A DNA stretch of 63,029 nucleotides, the filler included, from Octopus bimaculoides (taxonomy: Eukaryota), in assembly GCF_001194135.2 (NCBI RefSeq). It is 5 parts of 5 records of this genome, joined end to end, with 100 filler letters (N's around TTAATTAATTAA, not from the genome) between each part and the next. Parts side by side here need not be neighbours in the genome. Positions count along the whole stretch, not along the records: positions 48,621 to 63,029 come from NC_068997.1; 4 more parts are not named here. One strand, 5' to 3'. Both the position numbers and the translations under genes were made by a program. Every line of letters begins with the position of its first letter. Position 1 is the first letter of the stretch. Shown in pieces: positions 60,136 through 63,029 of the stretch. The notes beneath the pieces are model-generated. The model saw only the letters and a program-made list of their open reading frames with translations, was not told the DNA's origin and made no database searches.

Positions 60136-63029
60136 GTATGTATGTATGTATGTACGTATAGTTACACAGACATACAATTATTGAGAACGACATACAATTA
60201 TTGAGAATATAGGCGGCGAGCTGGCAGAAACGTTAGCACGCCGGGCGAAATGCTTAGCGGTATTTCGTCTGCCGCTACGTTCTGAGTTCAAATTCCGCCG
60301 NNNNNNNNNNNNNNNNNNNNNNNNNNNNNNNNNNNNNNNNNNNNNNNNNNNNNNNNNNNNNNNNNNNNNNNNNNNNNNNNNNNNNNNNNNNNNNNNNNNN
60401 NNNNNNNNNNNNNNNNNNNNNNNNNNNNNNNNNNNNNNNNNNNNNNNNNNNNNNNNNNNNNNNNNNNNNNNNNNNNNNNNNNNNNNNNNNNNNNNNNNNN
60501 NNNNNNNNNNNNNNNNNNNNNNNNNNNNNNNNNNNNNNNNNNNNNNNNNNNNNNNNNNNNNNNNNNNNNNNNNNNNNNNNNNNNNNNNNNNNNNNNNNNN
60601 NNNNNNNNNNNNNNNNNNNNNNNNNNNNNNNNNNNNNNNNNNNNNNNNNNNNNNNNNNNNNNNNNNNNNNNNNNNNNNNNNNNNNNNNNNNNNNNNNNNN
60701 NNNNNNNNNNNNNNNNNNNNNNNNNNNNNNNNNNNNNNNNNNNNNNNNNNNNNNNNNNNNNNNNNNNNNNNNNNNNNNNNNNNNNNNNNNNNNNNNNNNN
60801 NNNNNNNNNNNNNNNNNNNNNNNNNNNNNNNNNNNNNNNNNNNNNNNNNNNNNNNNNNNNNNNNNNNNNNNNNNNNNNNNNNNNNNNNNNNNNNNNNNNN
60901 NNNNNNNNNNNNNNNNNNNNNNNNNNNNNNNNNNNNNNNNNNNNNNNNNNNNNNNNNNNNNNNNNNNNNNNNNNNNNNNNNNNNNNNNNNNNNNNNNNNN
61001 NNNNNNNNNNNNNNNNNNNNNNNNNNNNNNNNNNNNNNNNNNNNNNNNNNNNNNNNNNNNNNNNNNNNNNNNNNNNNNNNNNNNNNNNNNNNNNNNNNNN
61101 NNNNNNNNNNNNNNNNNNNNNNNNNNNNNNNNNNNNNNNNNNNNNNNNNNNNNNNNNNNNNNNNNNNNNNNNNNNNNNNNNNNNNNNNNNNNNNNNNNNN
61201 NNNNNNNNNNNNNNNNNTATATATGAGCAACACACACATACACACACGCACGTATGTACACCAACTGCATACACATTTTTGTATGCATACATGTTCGTAT
61301 GTGTGTATGTGTGTGTTGCCCGTATATCAACAAAACACACACACACACATCTTACCTTACATATATATACGGATAAATACGGATAAATGATTTAAAATAA
61401 ATATATTTTGTAAATGGCGATTTACGGTACAATACCTAGACTCGTGAAAATCAGACCACATGGGTTTGTTTACATCAATTCGGCAGTTTCCATAAAAAGT
61501 GTTCGGAAAGAACGCGAAAGAGATAGAGAGAGAGCGCTCTCCCTCTCTATCTCTCTCCCTCTCTATCTCTCTCCCTCCCTTACACAAATGCCAGTTATCT
61601 CTCTTTCTTTCTTTCTTTCTTTCTCTCCCCGTCTCACACACACAGCAACATTACACACACATACACACATGCTGCTCTCTCACACTAACAAAAGAACTTC
61701 ACATACACACCACACTTTCTGTCTGGCATACTCACTATAAAAGGATAGCGTCTATTTCTTTTTGGCAACATGTATTTTGTGTGTAATGTTGCTGTGTGTG
61801 TGAGAGAAGGAGAGAGAGAAAGAAAGAGAGATAACTGGCATGTGTGTGTAAGGGAGGGNNNNNNNNNNNNNNNNNNNNNNNNNNNNNNNNNNNNNNNNNN
61901 NNNNNNNNNNNNNNNNNNNNNNNNNNNNNNNNNNNNNNNNNNNNNNNNNNNNNNNNNNNNNNNNNNNNNNNNNNNNNNNNNNNNNNNNNNNNNNNNNNNN
62001 NNNNNNNNNNNNNNNNNNNNNNNNNNNNNNNNNNNNNNNNNNNNNNNNNNNNNNNNNNNNNNNNNNNNNNNNNNNNNNNNNNNNNNNNNNNNNNNNNNNN
62101 NNNNNNNNNNNNNNNNNNNNNNNNNNNNNNNNNNNNNNNNNNNNNNNNNNNNNAAATTGGTAAGAGTTATGGTTGAAAATCGATTTTTACAGGTATACGC
62201 GGGTACTTCTGAGAGGGAAAGTTGACGAAAATGCACATAGGGTCATTCCGAATCTCCTCCTAAATTTGGAGCGACATGCCTGCTAATATGTGGACGTGCA
62301 TAAACTACATTCACGTACACACACACACACACACACACACATCCTGCCTTATATATATTCGGATATGCAAATATCGTACTTCCGCTGAGACTTTAATAGT
62401 ATTTTTCCTGATGATATTGATGATATTAAGTCTGTGTCTCCTTTAACTTCATATTCTTTTATTTCTCATCTTCGTTAATATTAATCGACATTTATTTCTC
62501 AAAACCTTTTATCTATTAGGTAAAAGTGTAACAAAAATCAAAAACAAAAACGCATTTATTAGACGTCTGGTACAAGGGAAACAACTCAAAATTGTATAGT
62601 ATTGCTTGAGTTATTTCCCTTTAACCACTAATTCTCGCTACCAGTCTTGATAATAATATACACCAGTCAACTAGAAAGGTATACATCTCTATTGCTACGG
62701 AACGTTGATTTCTTGAAAATCCTGCCGTAACGCTGAATTAACAGCCCTGGATATACCCGTTTTTTTTTTTTCACTTATTTCCTGATTAATGAGAAATTCG
62801 TTTCGCGTTTCGCAATTTGAAGTCCCATGTATTGATTTACTGGAACGCGATGTTTCCAAAATGCAGTCTATTAATTATTTTATCTTCAATTTATTTCGCT
62901 GGTTGGACACAAGTCATGCTGGAGCACCGCCTTGAAAGGAAGGGTCTCAGTCGAATGAATCGACCCCAGTGCGTATTTTAAAGCTTGGTACATCTATAGG
63001 TCCTTTTTCGTCCAGCCGCTAATTAATGG

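Noticed and set aside
1-63029. CRISPR arrays, rRNA, prokaryotic operons or defence systems
   Set aside because: Eukaryotic intron-containing context; no regularly spaced repeat-spacer array or such genes seen.

Overview
Eukaryotic, AT-rich, microsatellite- and transposon-dense DNA. The SINE families and repeat landscape look like an octopus genome; this is inferred from recall and not checked. The window is five scaffold pieces joined by artificial 100-bp spacers (N44-TTAATTAATTAA-N44 at 8112, 28945, 40582, 48521). One host gene can be built by hand on the minus strand: a ZXD-family (ZXDA/ZXDB/ZXDC-like) C2H2 zinc-finger transcription factor. It has 7 phase-consistent GT-AG coding exons from 23059 (or 22990) to 8834, about 900 codons, with six complete fingers and the start of a seventh, and it breaks off at the 8112 spacer. 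The rest is SINEs, LINE remnants (RTE, Tx1/L1-like, R4/Dong-like, Penelope-like), DNA-transposon remnants and MITEs (mariner DD34D, maT DD37D, pogo/Tigger-like, hAT, Merlin), and simple repeats. The most interesting non-obvious items are: several type-I hammerhead ribozyme motifs with dimer-compatible palindromic stem III; a foldback MITE with GGATC termini, 8-bp TSDs and a head-to-head (CCCTAA)n/(TTAGGG)n core; an RTE tail encoding tandem C2H2 fingers; and a YY1 site whose ATG opens an out-of-frame 18-codon ORF at the ZXD 5' end. I found no CRISPR array, rRNA or tRNA gene, and no clearly new multi-gene system.
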